This document shows, piece by piece, positions 1 to 9,482 of a stretch of DNA of 64,000 bases; position 1 is the first letter of the stretch; each line of letters opens with the position of its first letter. Position numbers and translations under genes: made by a program. The stretch spans positions 1,280,001-1,344,000 of the forward strand of contig OY776215.1 in assembly GCA_963675495.1 (NCBI GenBank), given 5' to 3'. The DNA comes from an uncultured Methanolobus sp. (GTDB lineage: Archaea > Halobacteriota > Methanosarcinia > Methanosarcinales > Methanosarcinaceae). The notes under the pieces were generated by a model that saw only the letters and a program-made list of their open reading frames with translations, was not told the origin of the DNA and searched no databases.

Positions 1-433
1 CGAAACTGTCAGAACCGACCCTTATCTCGAACTCTTTCTTGAACCAAGTACCACTGTTATCTTCCTGATACCATACTTCAAAGGTACCGGTGCCCTGTTT
101 TGCTGCTGTGTCCGTAAAGAGCCTGAATTCTTCAACAGCAGCATTATCAGGAGTGAGTATTCCTACATTAACCTGTGAATTTGCGCTGCTGTCTATGGAA
201 AACGGATAATCGGGAACCATTCTTATGGAGAGCCCTTCTGCCTTTGCATATCCCAGATTCTCCACTTTGACCCATACACTCACGTATTCCCCTATCTCTG
301 CAGGGATCGGGTCGTACTTAAGGATACTTACCCTAAGGTCAGCACCATCAGCAGCAGATGCGTTCAAGGGCATCATAAGTGATACAATTAATACTATTAA
401 TATAATGAAAAGCGGTTTCTTTTTCCCAAACAT
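1..433 (-). CDS. COG1361 S-layer-domain/Ig-like surface protein, partial (runs off the window start)
   Basis: Not in ORF track. Manual translation from ATG 433 (GGAGG SD at 441-445): MFGKKKPLFIILIVLIVSLMMPLNASAADGADLRVSILKYDPIPAEIGEYVSVWVKVENLG. Signal peptide plus P.P..G..V.V.V.N.G motif. Confidence 0.8.
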   Translation of the reverse strand, partial: MFGKKKPLFIILIVLIVSLMMPLNASAADGADLRVSILKYDPIPAEIGEYVSVWVKVENLGYAKAEGLSIRMVPDYPFSIDSSANSQVNVGILTPDNAAVEEFRLFTDTAAKQGTGTFEVWYQEDNSGTWFKKEFEIRVGSDSF

Positions 434-452
434 AACCTATCCTCCGTTTTCC

Positions 453-1166
453 TCAATTATTACCAATAACTCCGTCTTTCAGATAAACGACCCTGTCTGC
501 ATATTCTGCAAGGTCAGGGTCGTGTGTTATCATAACTATTGTTCTTCCTTTTTTATGCAGGTCAGAGAATATCCCCATTACCTCTTCACCGGTCTTTGAA
601 TCCAGATTACCTGTAGGCTCGTCTGCAAGAATGAGGGAGGGATCATTAATTAGTGCTCTTGCTATTGCGATCCTCTGCTGCTGTCCCCCTGACATTTCAG
701 ACGGTTTATAGTTAATGCGATCCGTAAGCCCGACGATTTCAACAAGTTCCTTTGCCTTTTTTCTTGCGTCAATACCTGCTTTTTTATTCGCATAGGTTGG
801 AAGTTCAACATTTTGAAGAGTTGTAAGTCGTGGAACGAGGTTGAAATTCTGAAAAACGAAACCTATCTCAAGGCCTCGTAGTTTTGCAAGTTCAGGGTCT
901 GATAGCGTGTTCACATCCTTCCCCATGACAACTACCTTGCCACAATTCGGCCTGTCCAGACAACCTATCATATTCATCAATGTGCTTTTGCCGGAGCCAG
1001 AAGGACCCATTATAGCAACGAACTCACCCTGCTTGACACTAAGATCTATACTTTTGAGTATGGGTACATCCATATCCCCCACATGGTAACTCTTACAAAG
1101 GTCGACAAGTTCAATTACGGGAACATCATCCCCTATCTCTGGACTATTGTTAGTATCCCCAACCAT
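453..1166 (-). CDS. ABC transporter ATP-binding protein, LolD/MacB type
   Basis: Walker A GPSGSGKST, signature MSGGQQQRIAIARAL, LADEPTGNLD, H-loop ITHD. ATG 1166 preferred to the ORF-track start at 1205. Confidence 0.92.
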   Translation of the reverse strand: MVGDTNNSPEIGDDVPVIELVDLCKSYHVGDMDVPILKSIDLSVKQGEFVAIMGPSGSGKSTLMNMIGCLDRPNCGKVVVMGKDVNTLSDPELAKLRGLEIGFVFQNFNLVPRLTTLQNVELPTYANKKAGIDARKKAKELVEIVGLTDRINYKPSEMSGGQQQRIAIARALINDPSLILADEPTGNLDSKTGEEVMGIFSDLHKKGRTIVMITHDPDLAEYADRVVYLKDGVIGNN

Positions 1167-1442
1167 AATTAATTCCCCGATTAAACGCTCTTTTACAACA
1201 AGCACGCAATATTGATAGCAATACCTAATTTATCAATGTAAACTATCTCTGGCGTGAACTTATAAAAAGGTTATTTACAGACTTGTATTTTCATCGTATC
1301 TGCAGGCCTCTTAATTCTGAAAAATGCTTTTTTGATTAAAATAATAAACTATAAATATTCCAAGGTACATGAAGTACTTGACGAAATATCGACAAATTCG
1401 ATTATTTACAAAATGACTTGTAGATTGGCATTTTGATAGGAT

Positions 1443-2075
1443 GTGGAAGGAATGTTGGAAGTACTAACAAACCCGAACGGGTTTTTCAAGAATAAAATAA
1501 ATGAAGATATCGAGTGGAAAAATCCGCTTATGATCATAGGCTTATTGGCAGTTATCGGAGCTATAAGTGCTTATATATCAGTGATGAAAGTAATGGAATT
1601 CCTGCCAGATGAAGCGGCAGCTTTTGCCGGTGTTGGAGCTGTATTTGGAGTTATAGGGGCTATAATTGGCAGCTTTTTCATGTGGCTATTATACAGTGCA
1701 GTGTTCTATATAATATCGTTATTATTCCATGGTGAAGGAAATTTCAAAAGAGTGATGGAATTCGTTTCCTACGGACTAATACCTAGCATAGCTGGTTCCA
1801 TAATAAGTCTGTACTTCACTAATAAAGTCTTTTCAAACATTGATTTTACCATGACTGACCCGCAGTTGTTACAGGAAGCAATATTATCAGACCCCTCAAT
1901 GAGAATTGCAGGGATACTCGGAGTCATCTTTTTGCTATGGAGTGCTAATATCTGGATATTCGGACTCATGTACTCAAGAAATCTGAGTCTTAAGAATGCA
2001 GCAATGACTGTAGGAATTCCGGTATTGATATATGTACTTTACACATTATTAAACCTAAAACTCCTTGGTGTATGA
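1443..2075 (+). CDS. Yip1 family membrane protein
   Basis: VLTNPNGFF N-terminal motif, about 5 TM segments, G.G.F....F..YG..P motif. Confidence 0.8.
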   Translation: MEGMLEVLTNPNGFFKNKINEDIEWKNPLMIIGLLAVIGAISAYISVMKVMEFLPDEAAAFAGVGAVFGVIGAIIGSFFMWLLYSAVFYIISLLFHGEGNFKRVMEFVSYGLIPSIAGSIISLYFTNKVFSNIDFTMTDPQLLQEAILSDPSMRIAGILGVIFLLWSANIWIFGLMYSRNLSLKNAAMTVGIPVLIYVLYTLLNLKLLGV

Positions 2076-3355
2076 TAGTGAAGAATATGGTAAAAATAAT
2101 TGTTGTGGCTATGATACTTCTGGCCACTTTTTCATTTACAGGGTCTGCAACTACAGAGATCAGGCCTACACTGACCCTTGATTACGAGATCGAACCAGAG
2201 GTATTCATGCCTGGTGACATGGGAACTATCACAGTCACCCTTGAGAATATGGCAACCGGAGAGATATACGTTGAAGAGGATGAAGAGACACTGGACATGA
2301 ATGCGTACATTGCCAGTGCTAGTCTTGATGGCAACAGCGGTCTGGAGATACTGGATAAGAGTTATACCGATGTCGGGCTTCTTGGTCCGGGAGACACGCT
2401 GAAACTCACATTCAACATCAAAGTCAAGGACAATTCTTCAACCGGAGTTCATTTTGTGGACCTTATAATAGTGGGTGGCAGCAATATGTACGACCTTAAC
2501 TACCGCATACCTGTGAAAGTAGATGACAGGAACGCTAAGGTGATACTTTCCAATTTCCCCTCCACCCTGATGAATGAGGTTTCCACCGTAAGCGTTGATG
2601 TGGTTAACAGAAGACCAAACGACATCACAAGTGTCATTGTAACACCGCATGCAGAAGGTATGACATTCAGTCCGTCGGATTACTTTGTGGGCAGCATCCG
2701 GGAAGGAAACAAGTCAACTGCCACATTCACCCTGAACACAATGTCCAGTGAGGAAGGATACAGTGAAGTCTCATTTTCAGCCTCCTATTTCAATGGAGAT
2801 AACCTCCATAGCTCCGACACGGCATCTAAGGATGTCAGGATAATAAAACAATCTCCGCTTGTGTTCACCGGTATCGAGATCGAGAAGGCAAGTAACAAAT
2901 ATACTATTTCAGGCGACCTGAACAACTTTGGCATTACGGATGCAAAGAATGTGATGGTATCGATAGATGATATTGATGGTGTGGAACCTGTACAACCCTA
3001 TGCCAATTATTTCATCGGTACTCTGGAAGCAGATGACTTCAGCAGCTTTGACCTCAGTGCCCGGGTAACGTCAGGAAATATTTCTGCGATACCGGTACTC
3101 ATCGAATTCAGGGACCCGGACAATGCTTACACTGCTATTTCCCAGGAAATATCAATGGAATCAGGAAACAGCTATTCAAACAGTGAGGATGAAGGAAGCT
3201 CACTGGGAACCTGGTTGATTGCAGGACTGATTGCCATTGGTATTGTAGCTGTTATAGGATACTCATGGAAAAAACGCAGGGATGAAGAAAAAGAAGCAGA
3301 AAGGGAAGGGGAAGAGAACGACGAGATTCCCGATGAGGACGAACTCATTGAATGA
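2072..3355 (+). CDS. COG1361 S-layer-domain surface protein with C-terminal TM anchor and acidic tail
   Basis: Signal peptide, PGDMGTITVTLEN Ig-like repeats, C-terminal TM followed by KKRR. Confidence 0.8.
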   Translation: MIVKNMVKIIVVAMILLATFSFTGSATTEIRPTLTLDYEIEPEVFMPGDMGTITVTLENMATGEIYVEEDEETLDMNAYIASASLDGNSGLEILDKSYTDVGLLGPGDTLKLTFNIKVKDNSSTGVHFVDLIIVGGSNMYDLNYRIPVKVDDRNAKVILSNFPSTLMNEVSTVSVDVVNRRPNDITSVIVTPHAEGMTFSPSDYFVGSIREGNKSTATFTLNTMSSEEGYSEVSFSASYFNGDNLHSSDTASKDVRIIKQSPLVFTGIEIEKASNKYTISGDLNNFGITDAKNVMVSIDDIDGVEPVQPYANYFIGTLEADDFSSFDLSARVTSGNISAIPVLIEFRDPDNAYTAISQEISMESGNSYSNSEDEGSSLGTWLIAGLIAIGIVAVIGYSWKKRRDEEKEAEREGEENDEIPDEDELIE

Positions 3356-4044
3356 ATGGTGCTTACATGCAACATCCCATAGTACGACTGCAAGATGTAA
3401 CCCGTATATATACTCTTGGAAAGAACAAGATATATGCCCTTAACGGAGTGAGCTTTTCAATTGAGAAAGGTGACTTTGTTACCATTATGGGATCATCCGG
3501 TTCCGGTAAAAGTACTCTTTTGAATATGATCGGCTGCCTTGACCTCCCCACATCAGGCAAGGTGAAGGTCAATAATGTAGATCTCTCAAAACTGGATGAT
3601 GACGGTCTTACAGCTATCCGCAGGAACAATATAGGTTTTATTTTCCAGCAATTCAACCTCATACCTACCCTCACAGCCTTAGAGAATGTTGAGATTCCCA
3701 TGATATTCAATGGGGCATCCACTGAGAAGAGAAGGAAAAAAGCTCTTGAGGCACTAAAAAAGGCGGACCTACCACTGGAATTTGCAGATCACAAACCCAA
3801 TGAGATGTCCGGCGGGCAGCAACAAAGGGTCGCAATTGCAAGGGCGCTGGCAAATGATCCGCCAATCCTGCTTGCAGATGAGCCTACAGGAAACCTGGAT
3901 ACTAAGACCGGCCACAATATAATGGAGCTGTTAAAGGAACTTAATGGTGCAGGAACGACTGTTATCGTAGTCACGCACGACCCTAAACTGGAAGAATATT
4001 CCCACACAACCATAAATATACAGGATGGGGAGGTTCTGAAATGA
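3352..4044 (+). CDS. ABC transporter ATP-binding protein, LolD/MacB type
   Basis: GSSGSGKST, MSGGQQQRVAIARAL, DEPTGNLD. Confidence 0.92.
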   Translation: MNGAYMQHPIVRLQDVTRIYTLGKNKIYALNGVSFSIEKGDFVTIMGSSGSGKSTLLNMIGCLDLPTSGKVKVNNVDLSKLDDDGLTAIRRNNIGFIFQQFNLIPTLTALENVEIPMIFNGASTEKRRKKALEALKKADLPLEFADHKPNEMSGGQQQRVAIARALANDPPILLADEPTGNLDTKTGHNIMELLKELNGAGTTVIVVTHDPKLEEYSHTTINIQDGEVLK

Positions 4045-5222
4045 AAATAAAACTCCCAAACGTTCTTAAAAATAACATGTATGCCGAGCTGGCAAAAAGG
4101 AACCTCAAGAGGCAGTCAGTGCGTACGATACTCGCGGCTATCGGCATCATAATAGGAGTAATTGCAATATCCTCCATGGGAATCCTGGGTAACAGCCTGA
4201 AACTCTCGGTCACTGATTCTTTTGCTGATATCGGGGACAAACTCATTGTTTCCCCTGCACCTGGAGAAGAATATATTACTGACAAGCAGGTAAACCAACT
4301 GCAAAAAGTAGGGAATATTGAAAGTATAATACCAATGTCATCCAGCGGGGAACTTATCGAGTATAAGAACGGAGGAGGCACAGTTCAGTCATTTGTTGCG
4401 GTTTACAATATTGAAAGGGATGAACTTGAAAAACTGGTAGAACTGGAAGAGGGTCGTTATTTCAAACCAGGATCTACAGATTGTGTTGTTGGTTCAAGTG
4501 TTGCCAGTAACCTGGAACTTAGCCCCGGACAGAAGATAGAGATAGATGATTCAAAGTTAAGAGTTGTCGGCATACTCAAAGAAAGAGGACTTGGATTCGA
4601 CATCAATACGGATAGCGGTGTTTTCACATCACCGGAAATGTACGATAAATTGTACCCGGACGATGATGAGGGATATGACCAGGTCATTGTAATTGTTAAA
4701 GATATAAATGAAATTGATGCTGTTTCAGATGAAATTGAAGAACGTCTCAATAAGAAGGATGAACTTGTCACAGTTTTTGCCACAAATGTAATAACTGAAA
4801 GCCTTGATGATGTTTTCAGGTCCATTTCACTTTTCCTCATGGGCATAGGTTCAATATCACTGCTTGTAGCAGGTGTAAGCATACTCAACGTTATGCTCAT
4901 GTCAACCATGGAGCGCACAAAAGAGATAGGCATCATGAAAGCAGTGGGCGCTTCAAGGAAAGACATACTGAAGATGTTCCTGCTTGAAGCATTGTTCCTT
5001 GGAGTACTTGCCAGCACAGCAGGAGCAATACTCACCATCGGTGGCAGCTATCTTGTAATGCTACTGGTTGTGAAGGACACTTCATACCTGTTCACATTTT
5101 CCAGCATGTTATACGTAATGGAAGGTTTCTTCTTCGGTATTGCAACAAGCCTTGTAGGCGGCATGTACCCTGCATTGAAGGCTTCAAGAATGAAGCCACT
5201 GGACGCATTGAGATATGAATAA
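4041..5222 (+). CDS. ABC transporter permease, MacB/FtsX family
   Basis: One N-terminal TM, large extracellular loop, ERTKEIGIMKAVGA motif, C-terminal YPALKAS..P.DALRYE. Confidence 0.92.
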   Translation: MKIKLPNVLKNNMYAELAKRNLKRQSVRTILAAIGIIIGVIAISSMGILGNSLKLSVTDSFADIGDKLIVSPAPGEEYITDKQVNQLQKVGNIESIIPMSSSGELIEYKNGGGTVQSFVAVYNIERDELEKLVELEEGRYFKPGSTDCVVGSSVASNLELSPGQKIEIDDSKLRVVGILKERGLGFDINTDSGVFTSPEMYDKLYPDDDEGYDQVIVIVKDINEIDAVSDEIEERLNKKDELVTVFATNVITESLDDVFRSISLFLMGIGSISLLVAGVSILNVMLMSTMERTKEIGIMKAVGASRKDILKMFLLEALFLGVLASTAGAILTIGGSYLVMLLVVKDTSYLFTFSSMLYVMEGFFFGIATSLVGGMYPALKASRMKPLDALRYE

Positions 5223-5243
5223 TGCACACATCCAGGTGTGCAT
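5222..5243 (+). terminator. Hairpin immediately after the permease stop
   Basis: ATGCACAC-atccag-GTGTGCAT perfect 8-bp inverted repeat. Confidence 0.5.
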
Positions 5244-5377
5244 CCATAATTTCACGTTCGGATGATAATACCATTTTCAAGCTCCCAAAAAGCAAGTTCA
5301 CACAAGACATTAATTGTGCCCATAGATTGCTATAAATAGTATCAAAAAGAACTTTATTTAAATACAGGAGCCACTAT

Positions 5378-6487
5378 ATGAGATCTGCTTTTTTGTCCCT
5401 GACAGCTATCCTACTGATAATCACCCTTACAAGCCCTTCTTTTGCAATTGATTGTACATCAGACACCTACGATATTAACATCATCGACATCTACTCGGAT
5501 CTTGAGACATGTGACTTAACATTACACAGTTCAGAACAGATCAGCGGACTGGAACTTGAAGTCTACATGGAACATGAAGGCAGCATACTGGACAGGGAAA
5601 CTTTCACCATAGACAGCATCTCACCCGGCTCAGATATAATTAAAGCATTTGAGTGGAACACCGACAATAAAGGTGATGGAAAATACACTGTTAAGAGCAT
5701 TGTCTCAAAAGATGGATGCGCCATTCATGAGAATACATATAATTTTGTTAACGGAAGGCAGACAATACCAAGGATAACAGTTGATGACCTGGTACCTAAC
5801 TCACAGGGATTCAGTGTAATGATAACACCTCTAAAAGCTGTTCTCGTTGATGTCGAATACATGCTTATGGATGGCTCGGATGTGATCTATTCAGGCACTG
5901 AGAAAAAAATATCCGTACACACACAACCAATGGAAGTGAGTAAGGACTGGAACGTGCTGCTTGAGAACAATAAGGATTACATCGGAAGGATCAAGGTCAA
6001 AATGTACTCACCTTCTGTGAGTTATATTGCCCTCACCGAGGAATTCATGGCAGCAGATGATGTTTTCATCAGTGACACATACGAGGATGATATTGGAGCC
6101 AGCGCAACCATTGAAGGCATATCGCAGGTACCTTTTACAGGGTCAGTGAGATTCACAGTTTCAAAGCAGGAAGATAATGGTAAAACTGTAATTGAATCCG
6201 TTACAAAGAAATCACCTGTACTTCTCAATGATGACGACGAAACTGTTGAGACAATATGGGAAGAACGCCTAAGCACCGGAGTATATTCACTTGTAATTGA
6301 GGTCATTGGTAACGACGGAGACATACTCGACATAGAGGAAAGTATTATCGAATCTGATTACGAGCCTGCAACTGAGCAGGTCAACACAACTACCCAAGAT
6401 ACAGAACAATCTCCCGGATTCATGTTACCTGTTACTCTGACAAGCATTGTAATTACTGCAGCAGTATTCAGGCGAGAACAACATTGA
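5378..6487 (+). CDS. Secreted Ig-like surface protein with PGF-CTERM (archaeosortase A) sorting signal
   Basis: Signal peptide. C-terminus has a Thr-rich linker, SPGF, a hydrophobic helix and RR. Confidence 0.75.
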   Translation: MRSAFLSLTAILLIITLTSPSFAIDCTSDTYDINIIDIYSDLETCDLTLHSSEQISGLELEVYMEHEGSILDRETFTIDSISPGSDIIKAFEWNTDNKGDGKYTVKSIVSKDGCAIHENTYNFVNGRQTIPRITVDDLVPNSQGFSVMITPLKAVLVDVEYMLMDGSDVIYSGTEKKISVHTQPMEVSKDWNVLLENNKDYIGRIKVKMYSPSVSYIALTEEFMAADDVFISDTYEDDIGASATIEGISQVPFTGSVRFTVSKQEDNGKTVIESVTKKSPVLLNDDDETVETIWEERLSTGVYSLVIEVIGNDGDILDIEESIIESDYEPATEQVNTTTQDTEQSPGFMLPVTLTSIVITAAVFRREQH

Positions 6488-6499
6488 AGGTTGTGACCG

Positions 6500-7657
6500 A
6501 TGCGATATGAATTATTCATTGCACTGCGCCATATAAAAGCAAGAAAAAGACAGACAATCCTCTCAGTTGCAGCCATCGGGATAGCAGTTATGATCCTGAT
6601 GGTATCCCAATCATTCATGGCAGGATTTACTCAGGAACTTTACAGTAAGACGGTCAATAACCTGCCTCATGTTGTAGTTTCACCTGAAGACGGAGAGGAC
6701 TACATCTATCTCTACAAGAACATTGTCGAAAAGATAAATGGTATCGATGGTGTTGTTGCCTCCTCGCCATACCTAATAGGAGAGGCTTCTTTCAAATTCA
6801 AGGACAACACAAAGAACGCTGCCATGAAGGGAATAATTCCATCGCAGGAAGATGCGGTTGCCCATACAAAAAAAGATATTATAAAAGGGAACTTCGATGA
6901 ACTCACATATTCCGATAAGAGTATCATTATCGGAGACACCTTTGCAGAAGATATGGAGCTGGACATTGGAGACAGCGTGGAAGTATCATTCCCCAATGCA
7001 AAACCGGTTTCATTGAGAGTTATAGCCATCTATGATACCGGAACGTCACTGGATGAAAGCCTGACATATATTTCACTTAAGGCAGCACAGGATTTTTACG
7101 ACATTCAGGATGTTATAAACGGCATATCTCTGAGGTTGGAAGATTTCAACAGAGACAGGGAAATAGCACAGATAATCGAAGATAATGGTTACAATGCTGA
7201 CGGATGGACTGTGAACAACCCGGAAATATTGAGAACCATTGCTATTGAAACCGTATCTAACAATGTGACACTGGGATTCATTCTCCTTATAGCCTCTTTT
7301 GGAGTTGTAAGCACATTGAACATGGTCGTAATGGGAAAAGTGAAAGAGATAGGAATATTGCTGGCAATGGGTGCCACAAAATCCAATATCAGATTCATAT
7401 TCCTGGTTGAAAGCGGAATACTTGGCCTTGCAGGAGCGGTTTTTGGAACAGCGGCAGGAGTTGCACTGGCACTATCGATTGGAAGTTATCCACTTCCCGA
7501 AGGTATATACGGCCTGGACTCCATACCAGTGGTTGTAAGGATCAAGGATGTACTTACGATAATCACAATTGTATTTTTGCTGAACCTCATAGCAGGTATC
7601 TATCCCGCACAACGGGCGGCCAGTCTTGATCCGGTTGAAGCTATATCCACAAGATGA
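6500..7657 (+). CDS. ABC transporter permease, LolC/LolE-like (FtsX family)
   Basis: YELFIALRH start, PHVVV motif, KEIGILLAMGA, YPAQRAASLDPVEA. Confidence 0.88.
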   Translation: MRYELFIALRHIKARKRQTILSVAAIGIAVMILMVSQSFMAGFTQELYSKTVNNLPHVVVSPEDGEDYIYLYKNIVEKINGIDGVVASSPYLIGEASFKFKDNTKNAAMKGIIPSQEDAVAHTKKDIIKGNFDELTYSDKSIIIGDTFAEDMELDIGDSVEVSFPNAKPVSLRVIAIYDTGTSLDESLTYISLKAAQDFYDIQDVINGISLRLEDFNRDREIAQIIEDNGYNADGWTVNNPEILRTIAIETVSNNVTLGFILLIASFGVVSTLNMVVMGKVKEIGILLAMGATKSNIRFIFLVESGILGLAGAVFGTAAGVALALSIGSYPLPEGIYGLDSIPVVVRIKDVLTIITIVFLLNLIAGIYPAQRAASLDPVEAISTR

Positions 7658-7684
7658 ATGAAACAAATGTTGTTCATATCAAGG

Positions 7685-8101
7685 TCATTTTTCCGGTTTA
7701 CCGTTGTACCAGATGATTCCCTTGAATCTGCAAACTGACATCTTTTTTTTGAGAATAAGATAGTACATTATTTTGAATGTCGCATAGAGATGAAAATAAA
7801 AGTAGAACACTGGTTTTGAGAAGAAACCTTCTACGTAGATGATCTCTTTGTTATCCTCAAGAGAATCATCAATGAAATTGACAACACCATCTGTATGCTC
7901 CACTTCAAAAACTGCACCCTGTTGCATTCGGGGACCTATCACCATCACATCTTTTTCCATACCATCGTCAGCAATACTCCCTTCAATAAAACCATAGTTG
8001 AATATTGTCGGTATAGGTGACAGGAATTCTTTGACGAACTGTGATCCTTTTTTATTATATTTAAAAAAACTGTATTTCGGCGTCTCGATCACAATCCTCA
8101 T
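7685..8101 (-). CDS. Divergent family I inorganic pyrophosphatase-like protein
   Basis: VIETPK..KY, FNYGFI, DDGMEKDV (canonical DGDP.DV), DNK. Shortened at 138 aa. Confidence 0.6.
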   Translation of the reverse strand: MRIVIETPKYSFFKYNKKGSQFVKEFLSPIPTIFNYGFIEGSIADDGMEKDVMVIGPRMQQGAVFEVEHTDGVVNFIDDSLEDNKEIIYVEGFFSKPVFYFYFHLYATFKIMYYLILKKKMSVCRFKGIIWYNGKPEK

Positions 8102-8124
8102 GCAACGTTATTGGCACGCTTTAT

Positions 8125-8228
8125 AAAAAAACATAGGGGATGCGAACGGGCAAAGGGGGTGGGTTGAATGCACATGTATGGTGGTATTGGAGTGCTTTGG
8201 ATTGTTACTAAGTAAAAACCCGTTCGCA
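8125..8228 (-). ncRNA. Candidate ~100-nt small RNA with base-paired ends and C-rich loop
   Basis: Minus strand: BRE CGAAAG plus TATATAT (8257-8251) about 30 nt upstream; 10-bp terminal inverted repeat TGCGAACGGG/CCCGTTCGCA (8141-8150, 8219-8228); U7 tract at 8131-8125. Confidence 0.6.
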
Positions 8229-8250
8229 ATTACACAAACGGCTTTTTTGA

Positions 8251-8264
8251 ATATATACCTTTCG
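8251..8264 (-). promoter_or_regulatory. Archaeal BRE-TATA promoter of the candidate sRNA
   Basis: Minus strand reads GCGAAAGGTATATAT. Confidence 0.6.
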
Positions 8265-8312
8265 CATGTGCACGAACAAACTCCCATTCTTTAGTTAGAA
8301 AGACAAAAACAA

Positions 8313-9482
8313 TCATGCACTTTCAATGGCTTCCACTGGATCAAGTGCAGCCGCACGCCTTGCAGGATAGACGCCTGCAACTATGTTGATGATAAAGGAA
8401 AATACAATTGCATAAGCATAGTTCATAATATCGGTCTTAAGCGGAAGGGTTGTCAAACCAAAGTACATCTCCTGGGGAAGATCGATCTGATATGAGGATA
8501 ATGCAGTTGAGCCTAAATAACCCATCAAGCATCCAAGCAATACACCCATTGTGCCCAGTATGAGCGACTCAAGAAGGAATATCATTGTGATATTTCTCTT
8601 GGAAGCACCCATTGCAATTAACATCCCAATCTCACTTTTCTTGTCCATGACAACTGTAAAAAGAGTATTAGCAATACCAAAACCTGCTATCATGTATATC
8701 AAACCATAGTATATCCAGACGATCAATACCTGCGTATTGAGCAGGTCAAGGATCTCTTTGTTAGCCTCTATCCAGCTTAAAGCATCAAGCCCTGTATCCT
8801 GTTCGATAGAAGTCCCAATTACATCCGCCTGAAAAGGATCGACCACCCTTATATTGATCTTGCTTGCGACACCATTCTCATCAAAAAAATCCAGGGCGGA
8901 GTCAAAGCGAATGTAAGCAACGCTTTCGTCATTCGGTGTTCCACTGTGAAATATACCAATTACCTTGTAGGACGAAGCTCCAAAACCTGGCATGACAATA
9001 TCAACATTTTGTCCTGTGACAACTTCAAGATCATCTGCGAGCTTGTCACCAATAACGATACCGTTGTTGCTCCGACTAAGAGTAAAGAGGTCACCTGAGA
9101 CAATGTCATCGGATATGCGCATAACAGCATCTTCTGCAATTGGATCGATCCCATTGAGATTGATTCCTTCTGCATTATCCCTGTAGCTTATGGCAGCCTG
9201 TCCAATGAACACAGGTGACACCGCTTCAATACCATCCATAACGGCTATCTGCTCAGAGTAATAATTGTAGAAATGAACATAATCCTCTTTCTGATCTGCT
9301 GAGCTCACAACAATATGCGGAGAATTCTCCACGGTGGTGGATATCAGCTCTTCAGTGAACCCGGTCATCATGGACATAAGAACAACAATAACTGCAATAG
9401 CCAGAGCTACCGCAAACACTGCAAAGAAAGTAAGACGCTTGCGTGCACTTATGTGCCTCAGGGCTATCCTAAGTTCATACAT
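8313..9482 (-). CDS. ABC transporter permease, LolC/LolE-like (paralogue of 6500..7657)
   Basis: MYELRIALRH start, SPHIVV, KSEIGMLIAMGA, YPARRAAALDPVEA. Confidence 0.88.
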   Translation of the reverse strand: MYELRIALRHISARKRLTFFAVFAVALAIAVIVVLMSMMTGFTEELISTTVENSPHIVVSSADQKEDYVHFYNYYSEQIAVMDGIEAVSPVFIGQAAISYRDNAEGINLNGIDPIAEDAVMRISDDIVSGDLFTLSRSNNGIVIGDKLADDLEVVTGQNVDIVMPGFGASSYKVIGIFHSGTPNDESVAYIRFDSALDFFDENGVASKINIRVVDPFQADVIGTSIEQDTGLDALSWIEANKEILDLLNTQVLIVWIYYGLIYMIAGFGIANTLFTVVMDKKSEIGMLIAMGASKRNITMIFLLESLILGTMGVLLGCLMGYLGSTALSSYQIDLPQEMYFGLTTLPLKTDIMNYAYAIVFSFIINIVAGVYPARRAAALDPVEAIESA

